Below the pieces are notes generated by a model, which worked only from the letters and a program-made list of their open reading frames with translations, was not told the origin of the DNA and did no database searches. The translations under genes and the position numbers were made by a program. A DNA stretch of 64,000 nucleotides. Source: Oscillospiraceae bacterium (GTDB lineage: Bacteria; Bacillota; Clostridia; Oscillospirales; CAG-272). The DNA lies in contig SVRJ01000006.1 in NCBI GenBank assembly GCA_015064885.1, forward strand, positions 3,990 to 67,989, in the 5' to 3' direction. Each line of letters opens with the position of its first letter. Positions within the stretch are counted from its first letter, which is position 1. Below are positions 62,741 through 64,000 of this stretch, piece after piece.

Positions 62741-62809
62741 TAATTCTTCACGGGTCCTATATTTCTTTTAATATGGGACCTGTTCTTTAAAAAAGCAGGA
62801 GGTAAAATC

Positions 62810-64000
62810 ATGCTTTATCTTTACTTTTTTCTTACAATTCTGATCTTCGTGATCCCTCCGATAGTTCTCACGATCATGAATATATTCTATCTTATAAAGG
62901 ACAGAAGAAGGAGTAAGAAGCCCGGCAACGAGGACGCCTCTGCAAAAACAACGCAAGAGCCCGCTGCAAGTGAAGCAGAGATAAAAGATCATACCGACTC
63001 TATTGCCGTTTTTGAATCGCGTGAAGAAAAAATGTCACGCAGAAGGATGGGCGTTGACGTTCTGATCTTTCTGCTCGGTATAACGTACACGGTCATTCTG
63101 TGGGCAATTCTTCCGCTGTGCGAATGGGACAATGCGGTATTGTATCTGAGCGATCATATGAGCTTGGCTTATACATTCTACACTCCGATAAGTGCCGCCT
63201 ATCTTCCCACCGTCCTTACGCTTGTGTGTATCGCGATAGTCGGCTTCTGGGTTCTGAGGCTTTCCGAGGCTAAGCTACCTCCTCTTGTTTCTGCTTTCTG
63301 CTTCTCTTCCCTCTTTATCGGTTTTGTCCTTTCGCTTGTATGGGCGGTACAGATACTGCCCGGATACAATTCGTTTGCTATGCCCATGTTCTTACTCTTT
63401 CCGCTTAACTACTGTATCTGTTCTGTTCGTCTCCTGCGTAATATCCTGCCGACGATCTGTCAAAAAATAAGCGATACCGAATATAAAGCTCCTATTCTCG
63501 TAAAATGCAAGGGCTTTCTTTCAAGGGCACACGGATTTATTCTTTTTTCCTTTGTTCTTGCTTTTCCGCTTACCATTTTGGCGGTAGTTATTCTGATCCT
63601 TTTCGGTCAGGCACCCGATTCAGCGATAAAAGCGTTCACGGAAACCGCAGAGTGGACACTCTCGCAGAAGATACCGCCTCCGCGGATCAATTCCCAAGGG
63701 CACTATCTGTGCACGGTTGCCGCATGCGGTGACGAAAAGACAGTAAAACCGCTGCGCGCAGGTAAGAGACACGGACGGCTTATAGTGGTGAACAGGCAGC
63801 TTCTCGTCGCAAATGCTTTTGAGGATCTGATAAAGGAGCGCACACCCAAGCTGCACAGGCTTATCCGAGGAATATACGATAAATACGGTATCCCGATATC
63901 AAAACACATCACAACGAAAAGAAGATCGAACGCCGTGTATTTTCTCATGAAGCCGCTCGAGTGGCTGTTCGTTCTTGCTCTTTACACGTTTGATCTCTCT
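62810..64000 (+). CDS. Polytopic membrane protein with a conserved Cys/His-containing soluble C-terminal domain (possibly DUF6688-like). Partial: the 3' end lies beyond the right edge.
   Basis: Not in the ORF track. Hand translation is open from ATG 62810 (AGGAGG 7 nt upstream) to base 64000, which is 397 codons. The N-terminus MLYLYFFLTILIFVIPPIVL and several further TM helices are followed by QGHYLCTVAACGDEKTVKPLRAGKRHGRLIVVNRQLLVANAFEDLIKERTP. The family name is from memory only. Confidence 0.6.
   Translation, partial: MLYLYFFLTILIFVIPPIVLTIMNIFYLIKDRRRSKKPGNEDASAKTTQEPAASEAEIKDHTDSIAVFESREEKMSRRRMGVDVLIFLLGITYTVILWAILPLCEWDNAVLYLSDHMSLAYTFYTPISAAYLPTVLTLVCIAIVGFWVLRLSEAKLPPLVSAFCFSSLFIGFVLSLVWAVQILPGYNSFAMPMFLLFPLNYCICSVRLLRNILPTICQKISDTEYKAPILVKCKGFLSRAHGFILFSFVLAFPLTILAVVILILFGQAPDSAIKAFTETAEWTLSQKIPPPRINSQGHYLCTVAACGDEKTVKPLRAGKRHGRLIVVNRQLLVANAFEDLIKERTPKLHRLIRGIYDKYGIPISKHITTKRRSNAVYFLMKPLEWLFVLALYTFDLS

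Noticed and set aside
1-64000. Search for mobile elements, defence systems, toxin-antitoxin pairs, CRISPR arrays, tRNA and rRNA
   Set aside because: None of the ORFs resembles a transposase, integrase, recombinase, restriction, Cas or toxin protein. I found no long inverted or direct repeats apart from the surface-protein gene ends, and no tRNA-like cloverleaf candidates in the intergenic regions I read.

Overview
This 64-kb segment looks chromosomal and comes from a Gram-positive anaerobe, most consistent with Clostridia. Supporting signs are the rimP-nusA-ylxR-ylxQ-infB gene order, rplJ-rplL behind an L10 leader, very regular TTGACA-17nt-TATAAT promoters, GGAGG ribosome-binding sites, and PT-linker/NPxTG surface proteins. 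I call about 60 protein genes. Two of them, one at each window edge, are missing from the ORF track because they run off the window, so I translated them by hand. I also call one TPP riboswitch, one L10 leader, about a dozen sigma-A-type promoters and about 15 intrinsic terminators. I saw no rRNA, tRNA, CRISPR array, transposase, integrase or phage genes. Layout from left to right: (1) a large modular SGNH-hydrolase lipoprotein. (2) A 12-gene minus-strand cluster: fumC, hdrB-hdrC-hdrA, mvhD-like, two polyferredoxins, an FAD/NAD(P)H reductase, frdB-like, frdA-like and an AAE-type carrier. (3) A TPP riboswitch with thiT, followed by an LtaS-like gene. (4) A shikimate operon aroB-aroA-aroC-MFS-aroE::aroK-aroQ-birA, then citrate synthase. 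(5) A sugar-modifying gene set (TIM-barrel isomerase, GDPD, FAD oxidoreductase), a flippase, rplS, a BNR propeller protein, feoA and dut. (6) rplJL flanked by two paralogous atypical Gfo/Idh/MocA genes. (7) The rimP-nusA-infB operon. (8) Small orphan ORFs. (9) Two tandem paralogous GLUG-type surface proteins with homogenised ends. (10) Transglutaminase-like gene, ruvX, a hydrolase, proB, zapA, a U32 peptidase and glycerate kinase. (11) A second TIM-barrel/FAD-oxidoreductase set and a partial membrane protein. The best candidate for an undescribed system is block 2. It is an Hdr/Flx electron-bifurcation-type module that is translationally coupled to a soluble, anchor-less fumarate reductase, with a fumarase and a dicarboxylate exporter encoded beside it.
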